Below are positions 11,935-23,727 of a stretch of 64,000 nt of DNA, piece by piece. The DNA comes from Podarcis tiliguerta (lineage: Eukaryota), in the NCBI GenBank assembly GCA_965153285.1, contig OZ229117.1, one strand, 5' to 3'. The notes under the pieces are model-generated. The model was not told the DNA's origin and did not search any database. It saw nothing but the letters and a program-made list of their open reading frames with translations. How positions within the stretch are numbered: position 1 is the stretch's first letter; each line of letters opens with the position of its first letter. Both the position numbers and the translations under genes were made by a program.

Positions 11935-13569
11935 TTAATCCTGCACACTTCAAGGCCTTTCCAGTCCCTCCAGATTAATGTGGATCTAAATGCTCCATGC
12001 ACACTTAAAAGGGCTACTTGGTTTAGGGAGCCGCAAGCTTTTCCTGGGCCACAGGATCTGTAAAACACACATTTACAGACACACCAATTCACTCCCAGAG
12101 AGAGAACAAGACTGAGCAGTGAGGGGGAAATGCAGGCAACACACTACCTCTGTTTTAGTCTCAGATTGAGGCCACAACTTTGTTTAAATGCCTGGCGACC
12201 TTTGCCCTGGCTCAGCACAGGTTTAAAAGCAGTAAAGTTTTACAGGACAGAGCCCACCTGCAAATTCAAACAGGGCCTAGTTCTCAGCAGTTTCCTGAGC
12301 CCCTCCTATTCGCCTCCCCCCACCTCCACCTGCAACTCCCCTGTCCCCCCCCCAATACTGGTTGTAGTGTAGGGAACAGGTGAGCTGGTGGAGAGTTCAC
12401 CCTCTCCTGCATGCTTTCCCAAAGTGATTTAAAAGCTAAACTACAGCTGGTGGAGTCCTGAGATCTGGAAAAACTGGATTGAGCATTCAGAAAAGTAGAT
12501 CCCGAGTTCCATCCAGGAACTCAGGACGCAAATCCAGCTCACTCCCAGATACTATTGCAGTCAGTTTACACTACAGGAACACCACAGCATCAAGTGTTCT
12601 ATGGAGGATTTTTGACAGTGACAAATAAAAGGTCCCAACAGAAGTTTCCCTTTCTAGTCCTCAAGAGTAAAGCGCCAGATACTGTTTTTCTTTGAAAAGT
12701 GGCGACCATTGTTGATACTTACTTATTTTTCTCCTCTCCTGAGAAAGTTCACCAGGAAAAGGGGCTAGCAAAATACACCATAAACGACTGAAACAAAAAC
12801 ACTTAAAATGGAATGGGGAGTAGTGTTGGGGGATGGGAGGAAGGAGGAGAGAGTGCGCATCTGGTGGAATTTTTGACTTCTTTTTTTTGAATGGGCAAAC
12901 TTCCCGCCCTACGCCATATCGCAAGCGGCTTTTGAAAAACAACATCCTGTTTCATAAGCAGTTTGCGATGCACATCATGGGGAAACAGGGTTAAACAGGG
13001 TTAATCCCTCCCCCTTGCCCCTCTCAGTGGTGAATTAGTTTTGTGGTCCATTGGATTCTAGCCACATCTTTAAAATTCCCTGTAACATCAGTAAAGGAAC
13101 AGGTAAGAAGAAAAACCTAGGATGCACAGCCCAGTTTACCTGACTTCAATAAGAGGGTCAAAATCCCCTCCTTTTGTTATATTCCACCATAAAACAATGA
13201 AAACCAAAGTCACAACTCTTACTTGAGACCTGTGGCTTAAATAATCATGGAAGGGGAAGAGTCTGAATACATTTTAGAATTATTACAAAACCTAAAAAGT
13301 TAAGCCTAGTACCCAAGAAGCCATGCTTCTTCACCTACCTGTGAGAAAACAGAGCTCTGGTGGGCAGCAATTCCCACCTTGCCTGAAACTTAGGCAGCCC
13401 ATTCCTTCACCCATCTTATCTATTTAGTAGATAAACTGTGTTAGCAGACCACTCTCCCTCTCAACACCCCACCCAATATACTACTTTTAAAGAGCCGGCT
13501 TTACTTTTTGTTGATGGTGGTGAGGGAAGCTACAAACTAATGAAACTGAATATAGAATCAAAAATGCAG

Positions 13570-13575
13570 TTTATT
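13570..13575 (-). terminator. Probable MAF polyadenylation signal AATAAA
   Basis: tttatt on + strand at the end of an AT-rich, TE-free 3'UTR-like tract; a second AATAAA lies at 13740-13745. Confidence 0.5.
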
Positions 13576-15217
13576 ATAGTAGATTATTCTTTCTTTTTGA
13601 TATAACCGTAAAGTTGAAAAATGAAAGAAAGCACATAAGGAACATCACACATGGTTAGTTAGTAACTCAATATATAAAACAATTTTGCACAGCAAAATAT
13701 GTAAAAGGGGAAAAAAGTAACTGACAAGATTTTTTTATATTTATTGTGGTAAGATTTACTTTCCATTTTTTAAAGACAGGATTATCACTCCCTGAAAATA
13801 AAATTTGCTGATTAATGCCTTTAAAACTTTGTGATTTTTGTGAAGTTACAGAAAATCCAGTTCTGCACCACAATACAACTGTAAAAAAATCTGCATCATT
13901 TAAAAAAACTGAGCAGTAATGCCATCTTTGTAACTGCATAAATCGTATTAGCATCCTAGACAGGTTTGTAATGGTTTATATTTTATGCTTCAGGTTATAT
14001 CTTAGTGCAATTCAGTCCCAAATATTTCAATTTCAAAAAAAAGCCCCAAAACAAAACCCAACCATACATTTTGAACACAAAATACCCCTATTAATAATAT
14101 AAAGAGGGGGGGGCTCCCCTTTTAATACTTTGGTTTCCAAAAACAGTCAGTGGCATAGCAAGGTCTACATTTACCCAACTTATACTTAAGTTGCAATCAC
14201 ATGCTGTATAAACTACTTTTTAAAAAACCAGTCCCGTTGTAAATTCTACCCCCTTTTAACATCAAGACAGTCAACAATTTAGTGCATCATTTTTTTAAAA
14301 AGGATCTACAGCTAAACAGACCTAACTCTTTTGAATGTATCTATAACATTTCTTTTTTCTGTAGCATACATTTGAACTGGTGCTAACAGACAATAAAAGC
14401 TAGAATTAAATTATATACCAGGAACCCAGAGCATTCCAACATTTGACAATGGCCAAAAGGAAAATAAAAACAAAAAATAGCAGAAATGGGGCAGATCATT
14501 CCAACATAAATTTTCGACTGCTTTAAGCAACAGCATAGTTTTCAAAACCCACAAATTGGAAGTGAATCTTTTTTTATGCGTAAGTTTTAAAACTCCCCCC
14601 CCCCCAAAGTTCTTTTTGGAAATCATATTAAGGGTAATCACAATCCATTCTGGGCTTTTCTCTCTCTCCTTTTCTTTCTTTTTAAAGAAGGGATGTATCA
14701 ATGCATTAAAAAGAAATCTGAAGTTCTGAGCAACTCAAAGCAGTTTCCAGAGTAGATGAAAACTTGAATGGGGAGGAAGAAGCCCCAAAAAGGTTGCACT
14801 TTTTTGTTTTCAGTTCAAAAAAGTGTTGAGGCAATAAAACTAAAAAGGATGAATGTCATGCCGTTACAGTCTCCGAAGTCCATATCCAAGCAAAAGAAAA
14901 AAAATATATATACCATACATGTCCAGCATGCAGGGCTTTTATCAATATATTGTCTTTGTTTTCTCCCCATAGTCTTTTGAAACAGTTACATAGTTAATAG
15001 ATGCTAAGACAAAATAGCAAGCATAATAAATGGATGAGATGAGTATGGGAATCTAATGGCATACTAAAAGTTTCACCATTTGGCAGGGCAAGGCCAAAAC
15101 TCACATCATGAACACATGGGAGCTGGATGAGGGCTTCAATCTGGCAGGTTGATCTAGATATATTCTCTAGGTTTAGCACAACAGATGGAACTCAGCAAGC
15201 CAAAGTCTTAAAATAAT

Positions 15218-15323
15218 TTTATAATAACTTTCTGCGTGTGTGCGTGTGTGTCTATTCCAGATTCAAAACCCATTTGAAGAGCTCAGGATGGTGAAAAGGA
15301 AAAGGAAAGTTTATAACAACTTT

Positions 15324-15358
<35 letters not shown>

Positions 15359-15416
15359 TATTCCAGATTCAAAACCCATTTGAAGAGCTCAGGATGGTGA
15401 AAAGTAAAAGGAAAAG
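15218..15416. repeat. Tandem duplication (92 + 107 bp) with internal (GT)n in the MAF 3'UTR
   Basis: Two copies of tttataa(t/c)aactttct-(GT)n-gtctattccagattcaaaacccatttgaagagctcaggatggtgaaaag. Confidence 0.9.
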
Positions 15417-15904
15417 TAACATTTTTTGTACTTTGAACACAGCAAATGTAAAAAGGGGAGGAAAAAACACTTCATTTTTTTATATATATAGTGGATGGCT
15501 GGCAGGTTTCAAAGGCTGAGCAAACTTCAGACTGAAGTAGTGAGTTGGTGGAAAGTTGGATTTCAACACACACACAAGCGCCCAGCAAGAACCCTCCACA
15601 AAATTAAAAAAATATTATAAACTTGGCTATTGCTGAGTCAATCCACCTTAAAAAAACAAACAACAGCAACCCAAAGTTGAGGTTGCTGCTTCCCCCCAGA
15701 AAAAATATTATTATTATCATTATTAATAATAATGGAGACGTGGTGGCCAGTTTGATTGCTTTATAGCAAGCTGCCCCCCCTCGCCCCAAGCCGCGTGGAG
15801 AAACTTTTGCGCGCACGTGTGTATGTGTGCTAAAGGTGTTACGAGGCTGCCGGGGAAGTAGGGGGTGCAGGTTGGAGGTGGTGGGGAGAGAGGAAGACCA
15901 CAAC

Positions 15905-17029
15905 TCACATGAAAAACTCTGGAGAGGATGGGTTGTCGCTGCTGGAGCCGTTTTCTCTGAACCCATTGCTGACCAATTTCTCGTATTTTTCCTTGTAGGC
16001 GTCCCTCTCCCGGACCAGCCTGGAGATTTCCTGCTTGAGATGCTCCACTTGCTGCAGGAGCTGGTTCTTCTCGGACTCCAAGACGTGCCGCTGCTGGACC
16101 CTCTTGAAGCGGCAGGACTGCGCGTAGCCTCGGTTCTTGAGGGTCCGCCGCTTCTGCTTCAGCCGGATGACCTCTTCCTTGCTGACGCCGCGCAGCTGCC
16201 GGTTGAGTTCCCTCACCGACATGGTCACCAGCTGCTCGTCCGAGAAGCGGTCGTCGAAATGCAAGCTGCCGCCGCCGCCGCCGTGGTGAGGGTGGTGGAG
16301 ACCCCCGCCGCCGCCTCCTCCGCCGGCGCTGCTGCTGCTGCTACTGCTACTGCTGCTGCTGCTGCCGCCCGAGGACTGCACGCTGCCCGGCTGCTGGTGG
16401 TGGTGATGGTGGTGGTGGCCCCCGGCCGGGTGGTGGTGGTGGTGGTAATGGGGCGCGCCGCCGCCGTTCTGCTGCTGCTGCTGCTGAGCCGCCGCGATCA
16501 CCGCTGACACCACGGCGGCCGCCGAGCCCATGTCGTCGGGCTGCATGGATCCCCCCGGGCCGGCGCCGCCGCCGCCGGCTGCCGCTGCGGCGGCGGCGGC
16601 CGCGGCCAGCTGCTGCCCTCTAGCATAGCCATCGAAGCCCGGCGCGCTCTGGAGCTGGTGGTGGCTGTTGTTGATGAGCGCCTCCACGGCGTCTTCCGGG
16701 CTGAAGCCCAGCGCCTCGGGGTTGAGCTGCTGCGGGTAGCCGGTCATCCAGTAGTAGTCTTCCAAGTGCGTCTTCTGGTCGCTGCCGCCCGAGCCCGGGC
16801 TGGGCGCCGAGAAGCTGGGCGACGGCGGCACCGAGCTGCAGGGCGTGCTCATCGGGGTGGAAGAGAGCGAGCCCCCAGCGATCAAGCGGCCGCACTGGCT
16901 GATAATGCGGTCGGTCTCCACCGGCTCCTTTTTCACTTCAAACTTCATCAGATCGAAGTCATTAACATATTCCATGGCCAAGGGACTGGTGGGCAGGTCG
17001 GAGCTGTTCAGGGCCAGCTCGGATGCCAT
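15905..17029 (-). CDS. MAF: Transcription factor c-Maf (large Maf bZIP), 374 aa, intronless short form
   Basis: N-terminus [36 protein letters not shown]; GSK3 phosphodegron [16 protein letters not shown]; Maf_[12 protein letters not shown]; EHR+b[44 protein letters not shown]; C-terminus SSPEFFM diagnostic of c-Maf. Confidence 0.98.
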   Translation of the reverse strand: MASELALNSSDLPTSPLAMEYVNDFDLMKFEVKKEPVETDRIISQCGRLIAGGSLSSTPMSTPCSSVPPSPSFSAPSPGSGGSDQKTHLEDYYWMTGYPQQLNPEALGFSPEDAVEALINNSHHQLQSAPGFDGYARGQQLAAAAAAAAAAGGGGAGPGGSMQPDDMGSAAAVVSAVIAAAQQQQQQNGGGAPHYHHHHHPAGGHHHHHHHQQPGSVQSSGGSSSSSSSSSSSSAGGGGGGGGLHHPHHGGGGGSLHFDDRFSDEQLVTMSVRELNRQLRGVSKEEVIRLKQKRRTLKNRGYAQSCRFKRVQQRHVLESEKNQLLQQVEHLKQEISRLVRERDAYKEKYEKLVSNGFRENGSSSDNPSSPEFFM

Positions 17030-17353
17030 CCTTTTGCTGGGGGTGCCGCCGCCGCCGCCGCCGCCGCCAGTCCTCCAGAAAGGGTGCACTCCCGGAGCGA
17101 GGGGGCTGCTCTGACTTGCGAGCGGGTGAGCCAGTTTGAGGCTTTGCAAGAGCTCGGCGCCGCTGCTCTCGGGGTGCCTGCGCGGCTCTCGCTCCCTCGC
17201 GCTCCCCCCGCGCCTGCCTGCCTGCCTGCCGCTCTCTTCTGCTTTGGCGAGGCTCGGCTCCAAGCTGCAGCGAGCTTCCCTTCGCGAAGAAGAGCCACGC
17301 GGGTGCAGCCGGCGGACCGCAGGCGGCTGCCTCGCTCGCTCGCTCTTCTGCCT

Positions 17354-17374
17354 CTACTTAGTCGCCCTTTGCAT
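17354..17374 (-). other. uORF MQRATK*, in frame with MAF
   Basis: ATG CAA AGG GCG ACT AAG TAG read on the minus strand. Confidence 0.6.
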
Positions 17375-17569
17375 CAGGCTGCGCTGGATTGCTTTGGCTT
17401 TTCTCTCGTTCTCTCCCCCTTCGCGCTCTCTCTCTCCTCTCCCCCCCCCTCGCCTCCCTCCCCCTCTCTCCCCTGTGCGCTCTCTCTCTCTCTGCTCTGC
17501 AGCTTTGCAGAGGAAAAAGGTTGCTTTAAGTTGTTGTTTGCAACGGTTGTTTGGATTTTTCTTTCTTTC

Positions 17570-17658
17570 TCAACACTTCAGGGTCTCTTTCCTTCTGGAC
17601 TGCTTTCTTTTTTTTTTCATGCCCGGTGCAAAAACGAAGAGAGAGACAGTTTCACCAT
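17570..17658 (-). other. Two stop/start-overlapping uORFs (MVKLSLSSFLHRA* and MKKKRKQSRRKETLKC*)
   Basis: 17658-17617 and 17620-17570, sharing ATGA. Confidence 0.55.
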
Positions 17659-17833
17659 CAGGGGAGGGGGAGAAGGAAAAAAAAGAGAGAGAGGAGGTAA
17701 GTAACTATTACTACTTCTTTAGAAAAAGCGAAAGAAAGAAAGAAAAACCCTTGGAAAATAATACTGTCTGGGGTCAATGGTATGACCCAAAATAACAAGC
17801 AGGTTTTTTCTCCCTTAAAAAAAGAAAAGAAAC

Positions 17834-17884
17834 TCAACTCCCAAGCTCCAGCAACAAGATGAAAAAATATTTTAAAGAGCTCAT
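17834..17884 (-). other. Cap-proximal uORF MSSLKYFFILLLELGS*
   Basis: ATG at 17884, TGA at 17836-17834; included only if the TSS lies upstream of 17884. Confidence 0.35.
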
Positions 17885-17907
17885 CCAGGAGGAGAGTTTA
17901 AAAGCAT

Positions 17908-18073
17908 TGCTGAGTTTTATAGCGCTCCTGACGTCAAGCTTTCAAATGGGAAATTGACTCCGAGTCCTGGCCAATCCGATGCCGCGAACCCGGCCCTCTT
18001 TAGCATAATAGTATAGAAACAAGGAAACTTTTCGAAGCTGTCAATCAGGGGCCAATCAGCTGACTGTCAGCTG
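17908..18073 (-). promoter_or_regulatory. MAF: MAF core/proximal promoter
   Basis: TATAAAA 17921-17915; perfect CRE TGACGTCA 17929-17936; half-MARE TGCTGAG 17908-17914; CCAAT at 17971 and 18052; TGATTGACAG 18047-18038; palindrome CAGCTGACTGTCAGCTG 18057-18073. Confidence 0.8.
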
Positions 18074-21000
18074 GGACCAGAACTTTTTAACTCCTTCATG
18101 ACTGAAAGTGATTTTCCGGAGTCCCTCGGAAGGGGACCCACCATTTTTCATTCTTCAAAAGCGGGGGGCAGAGCCCCTCTTTATCTCCACTGGGCATTAC
18201 TGTTAGGAATAGAGAAAAGCCAAGGGGATGTTTTGTCTCGTGGCTGGGGATGGCTGGTGTTGTTCAGGAGGTAAGGATGCTCCCTAACCTTCCTTGCTTG
18301 TATGAGTGCTTGCATGCGTTAGCTTGTACATCTCGAGCTAACTTTTTGTCTAGGCTGGTAGCGTTTGCAAAAAAATAAACAAATGTGTCTGTTTGGTTAA
18401 CACTGATCTCCGCGTTGGGACTTTGCCCGGAGTTGTCCTAACGCTTGATCTTCGCCCACCCTTTCCCCCCTTAAGTATCCCCCCCGCCCGCGTGGAGCAG
18501 ACACGCGCTCACAGATTCCAAATTTCAAAAATTGCGAGGAGTGATCTAGCGAGGACACGTGCTAAAGAGAGCGAGGAGGCTGGGGTTCCACGGACTTCCG
18601 GGGGTGGTGGAAGAAGATTATACACCACACCAGCTCAATCTTTTCTTCCTTTCCGCGGGGAGAAGGATGGGTCAGTGATGGGGATGAACGGTGCTGTTGG
18701 ATAGCCCTCGTGGCTCCAACTCGCATCAGCATCTTTGGAGGACTTATGGGTTTGGGAAGAGTTAATCCGGAGAGCATTTCTCTCCAACCGCCGCCCCCCC
18801 CCCCCCGCATCCCCAAGCAGGAGCAAATCCAAGACTTTCCTCTTTGCAAATTTCAGAACACCCTTTGGCCTTTGCTCCGGTGTCATGGAACCATCTGATT
18901 TCGCAAGCCGCGCCTCTGCTTCATTCCCCCCCCCCTTCATTTTTCTTCTTCCGATACCCGATCTCCCCGCCCACCTCCCATCGATGGATATGCGAGAGGG
19001 TCAAAATGTTAAGAAAAGTTGCTAATTGCCAGCCACTGGCAGCCCGCTTCCCGCGTCTCCCCTCCCCTGCCGTCAATGGCTTTGCATAGTAACAAATAAA
19101 GTTTTGCCTTAAAAGACGTCCCAAGTTTTAAATGAACTGCTTTTGAAGAAATAGCGACAGAGTCCCTTAATATTATTTATCCAGATCCTCTTTGGAAATG
19201 GGTGGCGATCTATTCATTTAATACGCAAAATAATAATAACAATATTAATAATAATCGCGTGTCGTTTCTCTCTTTTGGAGGGGAGACGGGGGCGGGGGAA
19301 GGAATGTCGCCAAAAACAACGCCGAAAAGCTGCGCGAAGTGAAAAAATCCTGCTTGAATGGGTTCCGTTTAAACCTCGACAGCGCCACCTTTCGGCACAG
19401 ATCGGTTTCGAGTTGAACCGCTTCCAATTTTTTAGATGAAGGGGGAAAAAATCCATAAAATAAAAGCCCTTTTTTAAAAAGAGAAAAAAAAAGTTTAGAG
19501 CTGGCAGCGCTCGCACGACAGCCTGATATTAACCCCTCGAAGTCAATGGATTCTCGAAGCTATAAACCTCTATAATTTCTGTATTTAGGATGCAGCCTGC
19601 AGTATTTTTCTAGGAAGTGAGAAGGAAAGGGGATTGTTCCTGGTAGCCGTGTCTGTTCCAGGGATGTGTGTGTGAGAGAGGGAGAGAGATAAGACAAAAA
19701 TCTTTAAAACTGCCAGCCTTGATTTTCAACTGACTTTATGGCAACATCAATAGAATTAAAGTTACTTGTAATTCAGTGATAAATGAGATGTCTCTAGTAA
19801 GTAAGATTAAGTGCAGTGCTATAAAGTTGTTTATCTGAAAAGTAATTCTCAGAAACCCGACTCCTGACACTTAGTCATATATTAAACCAGCCTTTTGAAC
19901 ATTGTACTTCAGTGCAATGGCTTCTGCATGTTTTCAGAATTTCCTGTTTAAAATTTTATACTAAGTAGCTGTTTGTAGAGGCTTCTCATCTGACTTCTAA
20001 GTCCTCATTCCCAGTAGTAACAAAATCCCAGGTTGGTAAAGAAAGTATGTGGTTTGCGTATTCTGACATATCTCAGCCTTTGCAGTCAGGATTTTTAATA
20101 TCAAGGTATGCCACGTATGTCATCCACAGACTTTTACACAAGACTTTTGAGTGTGTCACAAGCTGATAACAAAGCTAATGCTAATTATTGGGGGTCACTT
20201 TAAGGGAATAATGTAAAAGCTGAGGTCTCAGGTGAAACTTGAGAAAACAGTATTTATGAGAAAGTTAATAGGATGTGTCCAGTTTGATTTCCCATTTTGG
20301 AGGACTTGGTACGAATTGTCAACAAAAACTACTCACTCATCCCCATAAATCTCAACCACGACAGTCTAATTCCTTCTATTTGGTTTTTCCCGGAGCAAGA
20401 TGAATGTTGCACGATAGATCACTTAGCTCCTTCCCTCCCATGAATCACAGCCATGTGTGAATACTTTTAAATGAAAACTTATTGCTCTTTGGCAATTCAC
20501 ACTTGCAGCAATTGCATGGAATTAGAAACATCTCCTCAGTGGGAGGGGCACAAAAACAAAACCAGCCTCTTTGGGACAGAGGCATTTTAACATGCTATAT
20601 CTCCAGAATTAGTGTGTCCCCCCCCCCCCCCAAACATGAGTAAGCTTTGAAAGCTAAAACAGGGAATTCACAGTACTGTATTGTGTGGCTAACAGAATCT
20701 GAGCTGATATTTAGCAATGCAAATAAGTGCTGTAAACTCAACTGGGCTCCGGCCCCCAAAATATCAAATCAAATTACTGGTTATGCCAGATTATCCTTAT
20801 TTGACTGTTAGAGGTGACGGGACTGTCAAATGTTGTCTATTATGTAGCACACCATGGGGACTGTGAACAGTTTTAAAGAAAACCTTCGGAAGGAAGACCA
20901 CGACTGTCCTCTTTCCTGCAACATATAATTCTCATTTTGGCAGCATTTTCCTGTATTATTTAGCTTCTCACAATGGATGTCTAAACATTTACAGTTCTCT

Positions 21001-23727
21001 ATTAGGAGTATTTCTTCTCTAACAATTGCACACTTTCATTTCAATTAGAGGCATTCAACCCTCTGTCTTTCTGCAGCAATGACAGGCCAAATCCCCTCAG
21101 TCTCCCCCCCCCTTGCTATTTTTTGTTTGCTTGAAGTCTTTCTATCAATCTACAATCACTAATGCCCTGCTTTAATATTCTCCTTTTCAAGAATAGCCCT
21201 CTTGAAGAAAGCACAGTTTAAAACTGGGGTTCCACATGCTAACTTTAGTTACTTAAAAACCTCCTGAATTGGAGTAGATGCATGCATGTATGTCCGTGTT
21301 TGTATATATCTGTTTATCTCTACTTATATTTATTTTCTGCAGAAAAGTACAAACGATTCAATGCACTATGTAACACTGTCAGTGTACCATCCCTGCCTCA
21401 GTGAGGGGGGCAGGGGAAGCCTCAAGTGCATATGAAAGACTTCCTTAGCTGAGTAAACAGGCAGAGGAGGGTTTAGAAAGTAGGCAATACACCTCTTGTG
21501 AGTTATATTGACTTTGAGTGTCATTTGTTATGACTTAAACAAACTCATCTATCAAGGCCAGCACATTAAGTACAGTTACTGCACCTTTTGTTTATCCAGT
21601 GTCTTATTTTATGGCGCAGAACTGAATGGTGTCCGCTGAATTTAAGTATGAAAAGCAACCAAATTGATTTCCCAAAGACTTCCACGGGGTAACAAAAGGC
21701 GAAGGCATCAACAGCTCTTAGGCACAGAGCTAGATAAATCCTTTTAACAGTGCTTCGGATCCGTTAACGGGGCAAGCAAATAACAAATCACTGTTAGCAG
21801 ATTTACGAGAAAGAAATAATAGAATCAGACGAGATAATCTGATAGGGGTAAAATTGCTGAGGAAACAAGTCTTACTTCACATCCATAGCGATGAAACAGC
21901 AGCCTGATAACTAGAAGCCATCACAAATAGGTGAATTATGATGGAAATAATCATCCCTGTAATTCAGTATTTATTAATCCTTTTCTTTTTAAACAACTCA
22001 CAGATGTCCAAGCAATGCGTCTCTCTCTTTGAAGATCCATTAATCACACACACATATTTATTGGGTGTAATTTACTATTTGTATCACCTGTGTTTTTTTT
22101 CATAATTGAACATTCTGCATTCAAATTTATGTAATGCATTAGGCCTGCAAACATATTTCTGCCTGATTAGCATAAATAGTCACTTCATGAATTACTAACA
22201 AAGTTGATCTGGAAAATATTGGCGTATTATTTTATTAAGTGGAACACAAACATATGTCCAATAAATTCTTGTTTTCTGGTGGCAGGAAGGAATACAGAAT
22301 GATCCAGGCGGTGGTGTCTCAGTGTGGGGAAGAGGAAAGACTAAGCTGAGTTAATTTGTATGTATGAAATTAATTTGCCCTGTCAACCCTTCTGTTTATC
22401 TTTAATAAAGAGGAATGCCCATGTCTGTTTCAGAGGCATGAATCATGAGACAACAAAAGGCAGCAGTTATACACACACATGTATTTGTGATTTCCCTTTT
22501 CTAATTTCTTGTATGGATTGCATTGTTTGGAGGTCAAATCTGACGCTGTATTTTGTTGATAATTCTGCTTCTTGTTGGGATAAATTGGAAGTTTGGTCTG
22601 AGACTAGCAGATTAGATCCAAATGCAGCTGCAATAACAAATTGAGTAGAAATCATATTCCAATTCCTATTTCCATCCCCTTTACTTAATCACTGTGGCTT
22701 CAATCCAGTGTGCAGTTATGCATGCTTAAGCCCCATCGAAACCAATAAGAATCGAGCATGCATAATTATGTGCTGCATCACAGCGTATCCATTTAAACAA
22801 CTGTGAGAAACTCAGGGAAACCATATGACTTGGGTGTTGAGTGGAATCCTTTCCCCTTTTTTCTTAAGGCTGATTCTCACAACTGACTACACCATGGCAA
22901 AAGCAGCTGCTGCTCAAATTGTACCCACTGATGCCACTGATGGCACATGCACACCGACCCTTTTGCATTCTGCTTTGAGTAGGACTTGCAGCAGTATGCT
23001 GGAAGTCGATGTACATAATGTTCTGTGGATGGTCAGCCTGCATCTGCTCATTTCCACATGCAGTACTGGGGGAGAGATGGGACTTAGCTAAAGAAGATTT
23101 AAAGACTTCATACATTATCATCCAAATCTAGCAAAGGAAATCCATGCGTAGAAGCAAGCTATGTTACAATGTTCATCAGGGCACTCGTGTGCTGGCTGGA
23201 TGTGAATGTGCCTGTGCCATCAAAAACAAGGGCTATTTGTTGTACACAAGATGACCTGTCTATTGAGCATCCATCTTGATTTGTTTGCACAAAGCTTACA
23301 CAATGTCTGGTCTTTATAGAGTATTCGTCCCGATTTGCTTTCAGTGAGATTATATGACAATGAGCATTTATCATGCATTCATCCTGATTTGCTTGTGTGG
23401 TGGCTATAAGTCTTCCTGTTAATTATTCATTCTACACTTTTTAGTGCATTTCCCCATCACTTTCCTAACTGCAAAAATTTTTGTTTTTTGTTTTTTTAAG
23501 GGGATCCATTGCACCAGGGTGGCAATTTAACCCACTTCAGTTTAATCTAAATTTCTGATATATGCTTGAAACTCTCCTGCAAGTTGCTAACAATCTAGAG
23601 ATTTTTATTTATTTTTTACTATATTAGGTATGCATATAAAATAACATAGTAACGCGATATGGGCATACACAATAGGAAACTTCTTGTTGATTGTAGTTCC
23701 TTGGGACGTGTACTCATCGGTGATGAG

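Larger units (their letters stand above)
13550..15904 (-). other. MAF: MAF 3'UTR (short isoform)
   Basis: Follows the stop codon; AU-rich, transposon-free, ends at AATAAA. Confidence 0.55.
15750..19520. promoter_or_regulatory. CpG island over the MAF CDS, leader and upstream region
   Basis: Very high GC and CpG content at 15.75-17.5 kb and 18.4-19.5 kb. Confidence 0.7.

Noticed and set aside
17030-17263. 452-aa MAF as called by the ORF track
   Set aside because: It starts at TTG; the conserved start is MASEL at 17029. The extension is treated only as a hypothesis
15827-17795. Long plus-strand ORFs (226, 348 and 219 aa) overlapping MAF
   Set aside because: Antisense shadows of a GC-rich CDS and leader; low complexity, no recognisable domain
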